In this document: piece by piece, positions 26,895 to 34,706 of the stretch | How positions within the stretch are numbered: the first letter of the stretch is position 1 | Layout: the number at the start of each line of letters is the position of its first letter | NCBI GenBank assembly: GCA_050247355.1 | Contig: JBFWUK010000010.1 | Coordinates: forward strand, 4,751-68,750 | Source of the DNA: Vicinamibacterales bacterium | GTDB taxonomy: Bacteria > Acidobacteriota > Vicinamibacteria > Vicinamibacterales > UBA2999 | Length of the DNA stretch: 64,000 nucleotides | Direction of reading: 5' to 3' | Translations under genes and position numbers: made by a program | Notes under the pieces: model-generated | Seen by the model: the letters and a program-made list of their open reading frames with translations, nothing else | Database searches by the model: none | What the model was told of the DNA's origin: nothing

Positions 26895-27838
26895 TGACCC
26901 TCTGCGTCACGGACATCCGCGACGAAGCGGAGCGGATCCGCACGTTCGAGTTGCGGGATCCGGGAGGCGCGGAACTGCCTCCCTTCGAAGCCGGCGCCCA
27001 TCTCGAGGTCGAGGTCAAGCTCCCGAACGGACAGGCCGCAACGAGGTCCTATTCCCTCTTCGGGGACCCGCGGGATCGGCGTCGCTACTGGATCGCCGTC
27101 CTCAAGGAACCCGGAGGCCAGGGCGGGTCGCGCTTCATGCACGATCGGCTCGAGCCGGGCTCGAGCCTCCGAGTGGCTCCGCCGGAGAACGGTTTCCCCT
27201 TGCTCGACGCCGACCACACCATCCTCGTCGCTGGAGGGATTGGCATCACGCCGCTCCTGAGCATGGTCCAGACGCTGGGGCACCACCAACGCAGCTACGA
27301 GTTGCACTACGCCGCGCGTACGCCGGCGCGAATGGCGTTCGGCGAGCGAATCGCGGCGCTTGCCGGCGAGAGGGCGCACTTCTATTTCACTCGTGTAGAA
27401 CCGCCCCAACGGGTCGACCTCGAGGCCCTTCTGGCCACACCGAGGCGGGGTGCGCAGGTTTACGTGTGTGGCCCGCAGGACCTGCTCCGCACCGTGACAT
27501 CCCTCGGCGAAAAGGCCGGTTGGCCAAGGGGCCAGATCCACTTCGAGAGCTTCGGCCCGGCGCGGCTGCCGGGCGACCGGGTCATCGAAGTCCGCCTCGA
27601 GCGCTCGGCCCTCACACTGCAGGTGGCTCCGGGCGAGACCATCCTCGACGCCATTCTCGACGCTGGCGTGTTGGCGCCCTACGAGTGCCGCCGCGGCCAG
27701 TGCGCGGCTTGCATGACGCGCGTCGTAGCCGGAGAACCCGACCACCGCGACGTCTGCCTCTCGCAGGAACTCCGGGAGGATTACCTGTGCCCGTGCGTCT
27801 CACGCGCCCATTCCACTCACCTCACCCTGGATCTGTGA
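26891..27838 (+). CDS. PDR/VanB-family oxidoreductase (FMN/FAD-NAD(P) reductase plus 2Fe-2S ferredoxin domain)
   Basis: ATGA overlap with the upstream gene. RSYSL flavin motif, GGIGITP, and a C-terminal CRRGQCAAC...C cluster motif. Confidence 0.9.
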   Translation: MMTLCVTDIRDEAERIRTFELRDPGGAELPPFEAGAHLEVEVKLPNGQAATRSYSLFGDPRDRRRYWIAVLKEPGGQGGSRFMHDRLEPGSSLRVAPPENGFPLLDADHTILVAGGIGITPLLSMVQTLGHHQRSYELHYAARTPARMAFGERIAALAGERAHFYFTRVEPPQRVDLEALLATPRRGAQVYVCGPQDLLRTVTSLGEKAGWPRGQIHFESFGPARLPGDRVIEVRLERSALTLQVAPGETILDAILDAGVLAPYECRRGQCAACMTRVVAGEPDHRDVCLSQELREDYLCPCVSRAHSTHLTLDL

Positions 27839-27853
27839 CGAAGAGTTTCCCGG

Positions 27854-28702
27854 TCATGCCCAGAGCCGGATGGCCGCCCCAATCACCATTCCGATCGCGC
27901 CGATCGTCAACGCCATCGCCGGAAGCCCTCGTTGGGAACGCGGCAAAAAGGCGAACAGGTCGGCGACCGTCATCATCATCGCCATCGGCGGCGCCACTTT
28001 CCAGGTGTCGAGACGAGCGCCGGCGCCGGCCGCGTCGAGCACGGGGCCGACGTGTCCCAGCATGCGCATGATCGTTTGGGGCGTCCGAGTCACGGCTTGG
28101 CGAGCGGGCGTGCGACCGGCCGTGACTGCGTGCAGCGCCTCACCAATGGCCTCGCTCTGGTTCGCCCACTGGGCGCGAAAGACGATGACGCCCGTGGGGT
28201 CGATCAAGTAGGCGCTATTTGGCCGCGCTCCGAGCCAGCGATGGAACGTCCCGTCGATGTCGTCGACCGCCACCTCGAAGGGCAGCTGGTGATGGGCCTT
28301 GAGATCAACGGCGTGGCGCAGTTTCTGCCCAAACGTCTTGGGCTGCCCGATAAGGCTTCCCGGGTGAGCTTCGCGTACCTGGATCATGACGAAGCGGACC
28401 TGGTCACCATACTGGGCGTGCAGGTTGCGGAGGCCATCGGCGCCGTCCTCGGTAACCGGGCAAGTCCGCGAGCCAAAGACGAGAAGCACCGGCTGTGCCC
28501 GCCTGGCCAGGTCGGCGCTGTTCAGAACCGTGCCATCCGTCGTGTGCAAGTCGAAAGGGCCGATCACGTCGCCGGGCCCGAGCTCGTCCGCGCGGATGTA
28601 CATGTCGTTCAGGATGTCGGCGATGCGCGGATGATCGAAGCGATAACTGTCGCCGCTCGCGCCAGCGGCAACGCTGGTGGTTCCAACCGTCGTGGTGTCC
28701 AT
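27854..28702 (-). CDS. Thioredoxin-fold protein, iodothyronine-deiodinase-like, with C-terminal membrane segment(s)
   Basis: VLLVFGSRTCPVT and VREAHPG align by eye with deiodinase FGSCTUPPF and EAHPSDGW. The C-terminus is hydrophobic (AMALTIGAIGMVIGAAIRLWA). Confidence 0.65.
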   Translation of the reverse strand: MDTTTVGTTSVAAGASGDSYRFDHPRIADILNDMYIRADELGPGDVIGPFDLHTTDGTVLNSADLARRAQPVLLVFGSRTCPVTEDGADGLRNLHAQYGDQVRFVMIQVREAHPGSLIGQPKTFGQKLRHAVDLKAHHQLPFEVAVDDIDGTFHRWLGARPNSAYLIDPTGVIVFRAQWANQSEAIGEALHAVTAGRTPARQAVTRTPQTIMRMLGHVGPVLDAAGAGARLDTWKVAPPMAMMMTVADLFAFLPRSQRGLPAMALTIGAIGMVIGAAIRLWA

Positions 28703-28721
28703 GAGTCGAGTCCTTCTGCCA

Positions 28722-28756
28722 GAAAACGAAGGGGCGGCCTACTCGTGCCGCCCCTT
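28722..28756 (-). terminator. Rho-independent terminator/attenuator between the tautomerase and thioredoxin-fold genes
   Basis: On the minus strand: AAGGGGCGGC, 8-nt loop, GCCGCCCCTT, then CGTTTTCT. Perfect 10-bp stem. Confidence 0.7.
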
Positions 28757-28762
28757 GCCAAG

Positions 28763-28990
28763 CTACTTCGTGACGGGCACCTGCGCGAGCGCACGCAGGT
28801 CGGCGTCGGTGACCGGGCTGCCGCCGACACCCCATGCGCCGGGCGGGACGTCCTCGATGGTCACCCAGGTGACCTGCCGCAGGCCTTCGCCTTCGACCGA
28901 CAGCACTGCGTCGGTGACCTTGCGGATCATTTCCTGTTTCTGCGCCAGCGTCAGGTAGTTCCCGATGCCCTTGATTTGCACGAGTGGCAT
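28763..28990 (-). CDS. 4-oxalocrotonate tautomerase-family protein
   Basis: 75 aa starting MPLVQIK (Pro-1 after Met removal), with family-typical length and pattern. The longer track ORF extension is discarded. Confidence 0.8.
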   Translation of the reverse strand: MPLVQIKGIGNYLTLAQKQEMIRKVTDAVLSVEGEGLRQVTWVTIEDVPPGAWGVGGSPVTDADLRALAQVPVTK

Positions 28991-29019
28991 TTGCGTATCT
29001 CCCTTGGTATTGGTTGAGG

Positions 29020-29571
29020 TCAGGCGGCCTTCGACCAGGCCGCCTTCGCGAAGGCGCGATCGAGCGGCGTGTCGGCGATGTGATTCGTGTAGTTGGACAG
29101 CGTCTTGACGCTGACCCCGAGGACGACTTCGAGGGCCTGCGCCTTGTCGTAGCCGGCGTTGGCGAACGCGGCCTTCTCTTCGTCGCTCGGCCACCCGCGT
29201 GACACCACGATGGCGGCGGTGAAGCGACGCAAGGCCTCGAGCCGCGGATTGTCGATCGGCTGCCCCGAGCGAATGGCCTGGACCACCGCCTCCGGCACCT
29301 GTTGCATGCCGGCGATCACGCTGTGCGCCGCCACGCAGTACTCGCAGCGATTCTCGTAGCTGGTGGTCAGCAGCACGATTTGCCGCTCCGTGGGGTTGAG
29401 GGAGGTCTCGTCGAAGAGGTCGACGATGGTTCGGTAGGCGCGCAGCAGGGCCGGCGCCTCGGCCATGACGCCCATCAGGTTGGGTACGAAGCCGTAGGAC
29501 TTGTTGACGCCGGCCAGGGTCTCGCGCGCGGCGGCCGGTGCGGTGTCGATCGTGTGCGGGGTGTAACTCAT
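29020..29571 (-). CDS. Carboxymuconolactone decarboxylase (AhpD-like) family protein
   Basis: Internal ATG (MSYTPHTIDT...). CMD motif ENRCEYCVAAH (CxxC-x2-H). Confidence 0.85.
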   Translation of the reverse strand: MSYTPHTIDTAPAAARETLAGVNKSYGFVPNLMGVMAEAPALLRAYRTIVDLFDETSLNPTERQIVLLTTSYENRCEYCVAAHSVIAGMQQVPEAVVQAIRSGQPIDNPRLEALRRFTAAIVVSRGWPSDEEKAAFANAGYDKAQALEVVLGVSVKTLSNYTNHIADTPLDRAFAKAAWSKAA

Positions 29572-29682
29572 GACGGTGCTCCTGTGAATGCAGTCGTGTG
29601 ACGGATGAATGTTCCCGATCAGGATCGGGTCTACAGGTGGGATTCCGCCGCGGGCCCGGCGGTTCAGTCGAATCGTCCGGTC

Positions 29683-29698
29683 TGTGAGCGCGCTCACT
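29683..29698. promoter_or_regulatory. CRP-type palindrome TGTGAgcgcgcTCACT
   Basis: The core GTGAGCGCGCTCAC is a perfect 14-nt palindrome. Lies in the divergent region between genes starting at 29571 (minus) and 29741 (plus). Confidence 0.55.
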
Positions 29699-29740
29699 TA
29701 CCGACCCCGGGCCATAGCCGACAATGACCATGCTGACACC

Positions 29741-30148
29741 ATGATGAGTAACGACACAGCTCGATCACTGAAGAGTACGGCCGTTGGCGCCTCGGCGATT
29801 GCTTTCGCGGTCGTCGGCGCGCTGCTGCTGTTTGCGCCCGATGAATTCAGCCGCGCCATCATCCCGAGTGCGGACGGCGGCCCGCTGATGCAGGTGCTCG
29901 GCGCGGCACTGCTCGGCTTTGCCAGCATGAACTGGCTGGCCCGCGGCGCGGCGCTCGGTGGAATTTACGGCCGCGTCGTGGTGGCCGCCAACCAGACCCA
30001 CTCCACGATCGGCGCCATCGTGCTGGTGAAGCACGGGCTCGCGGCTTCGGGCTCACCGGCGTTGTGGCTGGTGACCGGCTGCTACGTGCTCGCCGCCTCG
30101 CTGTTTCTGTACCTGTCCTTCTTCAACTCCGGCCTGCGCGAGCGCTAG
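29741..30148 (+). CDS. Hypothetical integral membrane protein
   Basis: 135 aa with four hydrophobic segments. No motif recognised. Confidence 0.6.
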   Translation: MMSNDTARSLKSTAVGASAIAFAVVGALLLFAPDEFSRAIIPSADGGPLMQVLGAALLGFASMNWLARGAALGGIYGRVVVAANQTHSTIGAIVLVKHGLAASGSPALWLVTGCYVLAASLFLYLSFFNSGLRER

Positions 30149-30166
30149 CGGCCACTTGCGGCCGGG

Positions 30167-31192
30167 TCACGCCCTGAAGTACCGGATCCGCGACGTCGGT
30201 ACCCGCAGGCACGCCGCCGCGGCTACCGCGGTGGCATTCGGCCTGTCATCGGCAGGCCCCGGCTGGCTGATCTCAATCGACTCCGCGGTTGGCAGCCGTG
30301 CGATGATCCTGAATCCGGTCCCCACGTCGACCACGCGCTCGATCATCACCGGCACGCTGGTGACGCCGGTGTCCGGCATCTCGCCCCATGGACCAAGCGT
30401 GGCGGCTGACGGATGAAACGCCATTAGCGTGGCAGTGGGGTCGGCCCCGGCTTCGGTCACCGCGGCCCGGGGGATGACTGCCCAGCCGAAGAATCGCGCC
30501 ACGCTCACCGTAGCCGGCTCGGTGTAGAACAATCGGGCGGGACCGGCCTGGGCGATTCGGCCGTCGAGGATGACGGCCACCTGGTCCGCCACCGCCACGG
30601 CCTCCTGCTGATCGTGGGTGATAAAGAGGGTGGTGACGCCCAGCCGCTGCTGCAGTCCGCGCAACAACGCCCGCATCTCGCCGCGCAGCTCCTCATCGAG
30701 CGCCGACAGCGGTTCGTCGAGGAGCAGGACCCGTGGTGCCAGGACGAGAGCCCGCGCCAGCGCCACGCGCTGTTCCTGGCCTCCGGACAGCGACGCCGGC
30801 TTGCGGTCGCCGAATCCCTCCAGTTGCACCAGCCGCAGCGCTTCGTCGGCCGCGGCGCGGCGCTGCGCACGGGCCACACCCCGCATCTGGAGTCCGAAGC
30901 CGACGTTGTCAGCTACCGACAGGTGCGGGAACAGTGACGGCTTCTGCATCACCACACCGATGCCGCGCCGTTCCGGCGCAACCCGGCTGACGCGTTCAGC
31001 ATCGAGCCACATCTCGCCAGAGACGATTGGCAGCAGTCCGGCAATCACGCTCAGTACGGTCGTCTTGCCGCAGCCCGACGGTCCGAGAAGCGCCGTCAAC
31101 GTTCCGGTGGTCAACTCCAGGTCCAGACCGTCCAGGACGCGCCGTGCCCCATAGCCGGCTGTCACCCGTTCCAGCCGGAGCGATGCGGTCAT
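30167..31192 (-). CDS. ABC transporter ATP-binding protein (importer type with C-terminal TOBE-like extension)
   Basis: Internal ATG at 31192 (MTASLRLERV). GPSGCGKTT, LSGGQEQRVALARAL and LLLDEPLSALD. The 731-aa track ORF is an artefactual 5' extension overlapping the binding-protein gene. Confidence 0.9.
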   Translation of the reverse strand: MTASLRLERVTAGYGARRVLDGLDLELTTGTLTALLGPSGCGKTTVLSVIAGLLPIVSGEMWLDAERVSRVAPERRGIGVVMQKPSLFPHLSVADNVGFGLQMRGVARAQRRAAADEALRLVQLEGFGDRKPASLSGGQEQRVALARALVLAPRVLLLDEPLSALDEELRGEMRALLRGLQQRLGVTTLFITHDQQEAVAVADQVAVILDGRIAQAGPARLFYTEPATVSVARFFGWAVIPRAAVTEAGADPTATLMAFHPSAATLGPWGEMPDTGVTSVPVMIERVVDVGTGFRIIARLPTAESIEISQPGPADDRPNATAVAAAACLRVPTSRIRYFRA

Positions 31193-32409
31193 GGCAGCAC
31201 GCTCCGTCGCCAATCCTGCTCGAAGCGGACCAGGTACTCGGCATCGCCTTCCGCAATGCGGTGGTTGGCGAGCCATTCGAGCGGCAACGTGGCCGGGTCC
31301 CGTAGCAGGGCGGCGACGCCGGCCTTGACGTCTGGCGGCAGGCCGTCCAGCCGCTGTGGGAACAGGCCGCCCAGCACCCGGCTGCGGGCCAGGGCGTGTT
31401 CCGGTGACATGAGGTAGTTGATGACCACCAGGGCGCCGGCGGGGTTGCTGGCATTGAACGGGATGGCGAGGAAGCTGTAGTTGAAGATCGTGCCCTCTTC
31501 CAGCCCCGCGGTCCGCGTCGACGAGGGGAACTCGCCGCGGGCAATCTTCTCCGCGGCAAAGGTCGGCCGGTAGTTCATCGAGAAGTCCACTTCGCCGTTG
31601 ACGAACAGCCGGTCGAGATCGGCCGGCGTCGCCGGATAGGTCTCGCCCTGTCGCCACAGGAACGGCTTGATCTCGCGCAGCCACGCCAGCGCGCGCGCCG
31701 ACGCCCGGGCATAGCGCTGTTCGTCGAAGCCCGCGACGAACGCCGCCGGCGGCTCGCCGCCGGCGTGATACAGCACATGCCGGATGAACGCCGAGCCGGT
31801 GAAGTCGGGGACCGCCGGATAGGTAAAGCGTCCGGGATGCATCTCGATCCATCGTCGTAAGGCCGCGAGCGTCGGCGGCGGCTCGCCGACCCTGGCCGGA
31901 TCGTAGGCGAACACGAACTGCGCCGACTCGACCGGCGCCTCGAACCCGTCGGTGGGCGTCCCGAAATCCTGCTGCCAGACCTGCGCGTCGAAGTGGACGA
32001 TGTTGGGCAGCGACCCGGCAAAGGGCCCCCACAGCAGGCCGCCTTGCTTCGCCGTGCGGAAGTTCTCGCCGTTGATCCAGACCATGTCGATGGCGCCGGC
32101 ACGGCCGCCAGCGGCGCGCTTCTCGTTGAGCAAACGGTTGATCGCGTCGCCGACGACGGTCAACGGCACGATGCGCAACTCGAGGTCGAATCGCTCGCGA
32201 AAGTGTTGCGTGACTTCGCCCTGGTAGAAGCGGTTGCGGGCATCTTCGCCGGCCCACATCGCGAACGAAACGGTCGTGCCGCGCGCCTGCTGCTCGATCT
32301 CCCCCCAGTCGCGGGCCAGCAAGTCGGCCGCGCGGGGTGGGCGCGGGCCGCCGCCGGTACAAGCAGCGACCGACAGACCGGCGATCAAGGTCGTCAGGTA
32401 CCGTCGCAT
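31189..32409 (-). CDS. ABC transporter substrate-binding lipoprotein (YnjB-like by recollection, unverified)
   Basis: Lipobox LSVAAC. 406 aa. Start and stop codons overlap those of the flanking transporter genes. Confidence 0.8.
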   Translation of the reverse strand: MRRYLTTLIAGLSVAACTGGGPRPPRAADLLARDWGEIEQQARGTTVSFAMWAGEDARNRFYQGEVTQHFRERFDLELRIVPLTVVGDAINRLLNEKRAAGGRAGAIDMVWINGENFRTAKQGGLLWGPFAGSLPNIVHFDAQVWQQDFGTPTDGFEAPVESAQFVFAYDPARVGEPPPTLAALRRWIEMHPGRFTYPAVPDFTGSAFIRHVLYHAGGEPPAAFVAGFDEQRYARASARALAWLREIKPFLWRQGETYPATPADLDRLFVNGEVDFSMNYRPTFAAEKIARGEFPSSTRTAGLEEGTIFNYSFLAIPFNASNPAGALVVINYLMSPEHALARSRVLGGLFPQRLDGLPPDVKAGVAALLRDPATLPLEWLANHRIAEGDAEYLVRFEQDWRRSVLP

Positions 32410-33197
32410 CAGAGCTCCTTCAAGTGGCGAGCCACGAGCGTGAATAACACCAGGGTGGGCGCGATCAACACGATTGCCATGGCCGCGCTGACCGCGTCAT
32501 CGCCGGCCCGTTGAAACGCGACCAACAGCAGCGGCATCGTGATGACGCGGCCGCCACCAATAATCAACGTGAGCAAGTACTGGCTCCACGAGACCAGGAA
32601 CGCGAACGTCGCCGCGACCAGGATCCCGGGGCGCATGACCGGCAGTGTGACCCTCGTCCACACCGCCCAGGGGGTTGCCCCCAGGGTCCTGGCCTGGTCC
32701 TCCAGGGTGCGGTCGAAGTTGACGAAGCTGCCCGTCAGCATCAGGGTCGCGTAGGGCACGGCGGGTATCAGGTGGACCAGCATGACCCCCACCATCGAGT
32801 CGGCGAGGCCGGCTTGCAGGAACACGGCATGGATCCCCATGGCTGCCGCCAGGGGCGGCGTCAGCACCGGCAGCAGCAGGGCGAACAGTACCAGCCGCTT
32901 GCCGCGAAATTCCTCGAAGGCGAGCACGCGCGCCGCCGGCCACGCCGTCGCCACCGCCACGATGGCCACCGCCGTGGCAATGCCCAGGCTGCGGCCGAGT
33001 GCGGCGCCGACGCCGGCACCCTCAGACACCAGGTAGTCCCAGCCGCGCCAGCTCCATTCCTCAGGCAGCAGTGCCGGCCAGTACCAGTTCCGACTCACGC
33101 TGGCAATTGCGAGCAGGGCGAGCGGGCCGATCGCGAGTGCTGCCACGCTGACCGGGACTACCAGGTCGGGCAGCCGTCGCTTGCGGATGGTGTCCAT
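32409..33197 (-). CDS. ABC transporter permease
   Basis: Internal ATG at 33197 (MDTIRKRRLP). Multi-TM with an EAA-like loop (LEDQARTLGATPWAVWTRVTLP). Confidence 0.85.
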   Translation of the reverse strand: MDTIRKRRLPDLVVPVSVAALAIGPLALLAIASVSRNWYWPALLPEEWSWRGWDYLVSEGAGVGAALGRSLGIATAVAIVAVATAWPAARVLAFEEFRGKRLVLFALLLPVLTPPLAAAMGIHAVFLQAGLADSMVGVMLVHLIPAVPYATLMLTGSFVNFDRTLEDQARTLGATPWAVWTRVTLPVMRPGILVAATFAFLVSWSQYLLTLIIGGGRVITMPLLLVAFQRAGDDAVSAAMAIVLIAPTLVLFTLVARHLKEL

Positions 33198-34090
33198 TAG
33201 AAGACCACGGGCCGGCCGCGCGTGTCGATCGCACGCGACAGCATCAGGTACGCCTGTACTACGATGGCCGCGAGGCCGGTCATGACCAGTGCCCAGGCAA
33301 TCGCGTCGGGCCGGTCGTTGAGGTCGACGCTCATGTAGCGCCGCTCGGCGACCACCGAGAGCATGGCGGGATAGGGCCGTCCCAGGAGAAACGGTGTCTC
33401 GAACGCCGCGAAGACGAACGCGAACACCATTACCGAGGCGCTGACCACACCGGGTGCCAGCATCGGCAGGGTGACGTGACGCAACCGCTGCCACGGCGAC
33501 GCGCCGAGGGTGGCCGCGACCCGGTCGTAGTGCGGCCCGAGACGCAGCAGCACCGCCGTGGCGACGATCGCGATGAAGGGAATCTCCTTGGCGGCGTACG
33601 CCAGGATGATGCCGACGCCGCAGCGGTCGTAGACCAGCACCGGGAAGTCGGCTGGCTCCGCAATCCACCCGGCGGCGGCCACGAGCCGCGCCAGCCACCC
33701 GCTCGGCGCAATCAACATGAGCATCGCAATCGCCATCGCCATGTGTGGCACCGCCAGTGGCACCTGCAGCAGCGCGTAAGCCAGACGGCGGCCGGCGGCC
33801 AGGCGTGACAGCATCAGCGCCGCGACCACGCCGACCGCCGCGGCAATCGTGGTGCTGGTGGTCGCGACCCACAAGCTGAGCGCCAACGAGGCCCAGAACT
33901 CTTGCTCGCCCGCCACCCCGAGATAGTAGCGGCCGGTAACGACGCCGGTGTCCGGCGTTGAGATGCTGTCGACGAATGCCGACGCCAGGCCGGTGCCGAA
34001 GAGGCCGACCACGATCATCAGCACTGGCGTGAGACGCAGCGTGTTGCGCACGGCGCGGGACGGTTGAGAAGCCGTCAGACGGTCGAACAT
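33197..34090 (-). CDS. ABC transporter permease
   Basis: Multi-TM with an EAA-like loop (YDRVAATLGASPWQRLRHVTLP). Start uncertain (ATG 34090 or GTG 34132). Confidence 0.85.
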   Translation of the reverse strand: MFDRLTASQPSRAVRNTLRLTPVLMIVVGLFGTGLASAFVDSISTPDTGVVTGRYYLGVAGEQEFWASLALSLWVATTSTTIAAAVGVVAALMLSRLAAGRRLAYALLQVPLAVPHMAMAIAMLMLIAPSGWLARLVAAAGWIAEPADFPVLVYDRCGVGIILAYAAKEIPFIAIVATAVLLRLGPHYDRVAATLGASPWQRLRHVTLPMLAPGVVSASVMVFAFVFAAFETPFLLGRPYPAMLSVVAERRYMSVDLNDRPDAIAWALVMTGLAAIVVQAYLMLSRAIDTRGRPVVF

Positions 34091-34152
34091 GTTGTCTTCA
34101 GTCCCCGGGCCCCAGTCATCGTTACGCCGCACCTTTGATAGACTCCCGCCGT

Positions 34153-34695
34153 ATGGCGCATATCCCTTACCGGTCCGACCATGAGATTCCCGCCGAAGAC
34201 CGCGTCAACGACACTGACAATATCCTGCGCATTCATGGCGTGCACAGCCGCGTGATGCGCCAGCACTTCGATCTCTATGTCGAGTTGATGCGGCGGCCGG
34301 GTCCGATGACCCGAATCCAGCGCGAGATGATGGCGACCGCCGTGTCGGCGGCCAACGGCTGTCACTATTGAACCCAGCACCACGGAGCGGGTCTCCGTCT
34401 GCTGCTCACACGCGACGGCGTCGCACCGCCGGCCCAGGACGAACTGCTCGAGGCGCTGGTGCACCACCCGGACGCCGCCGCCACCAACGCGCCCGACCGG
34501 GCAATGCTGGCTTACGCGATGAAGCTGACCCGGACACCGGCCGCGATGACCGGCGCCGACGTTGACATGCTCCGCGCGGCAGGCTTCGACGATCGGGCGA
34601 TTCACGACATCTGCACGATCGTGGCCTACTTCGCTTTTGTCAACCGGCTGGCGGACGGACTCGGCGTCGAACTGGAAGAGCGCTTCAACGCCTGA
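34153..34695 (+). CDS. AhpD/CMD-type 'peroxidase-related enzyme', candidate selenoprotein (TGA at 34369-34371 read as Sec)
   Basis: Track ORFs 34135..34371 and 34459..34695 are in the same frame, separated by a single TGA. Read-through gives SAANGCHY-U-TQHHGAG, where the family motif is CxYCxxxH. A SECIS-like hairpin lies downstream. Confidence 0.75.
34375..34404 (+). promoter_or_regulatory. SECIS-like recoding hairpin
   Basis: CAGCA-cc-ACGGAG [CGGGU] CUCCGU-c-UGCUG. The apical loop starts 16 nt after the UGA and has G at its second position. Confidence 0.6.
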
Positions 34696-34706
34696 CGCGC
34701 GGTTCG

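Noticed and set aside
30167-32362. A 731-aa ORF that suggests a very large ABC ATPase fusion.
   Set aside because: Only the C-terminal 341 aa (from the ATG at 31192) look like an ABC ATPase. The upstream 390 aa are Arg/Pro-rich and overlap, in another frame, the well-supported substrate-binding protein gene. The same reasoning trims 37949..40864 (971 aa) to 39338..40864, 28763..29731 to 28763..28990, and 32409..33872 to 32409..33197.
34135-34695. Treating 34135..34371 and 34459..34695 (and likewise 35430..35918 and 34707..35408) as pairs of independent small genes, as the ORF track suggests.
   Set aside because: Each pair is in one frame with a single TGA. The breakpoints fall inside conserved family motifs exactly at a redox Cys. 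The downstream 'genes' would lack their own N-terminal domains and start signals. Selenocysteine recoding, or less likely a TGC/TGT to TGA nonsense mutation, explains both better.
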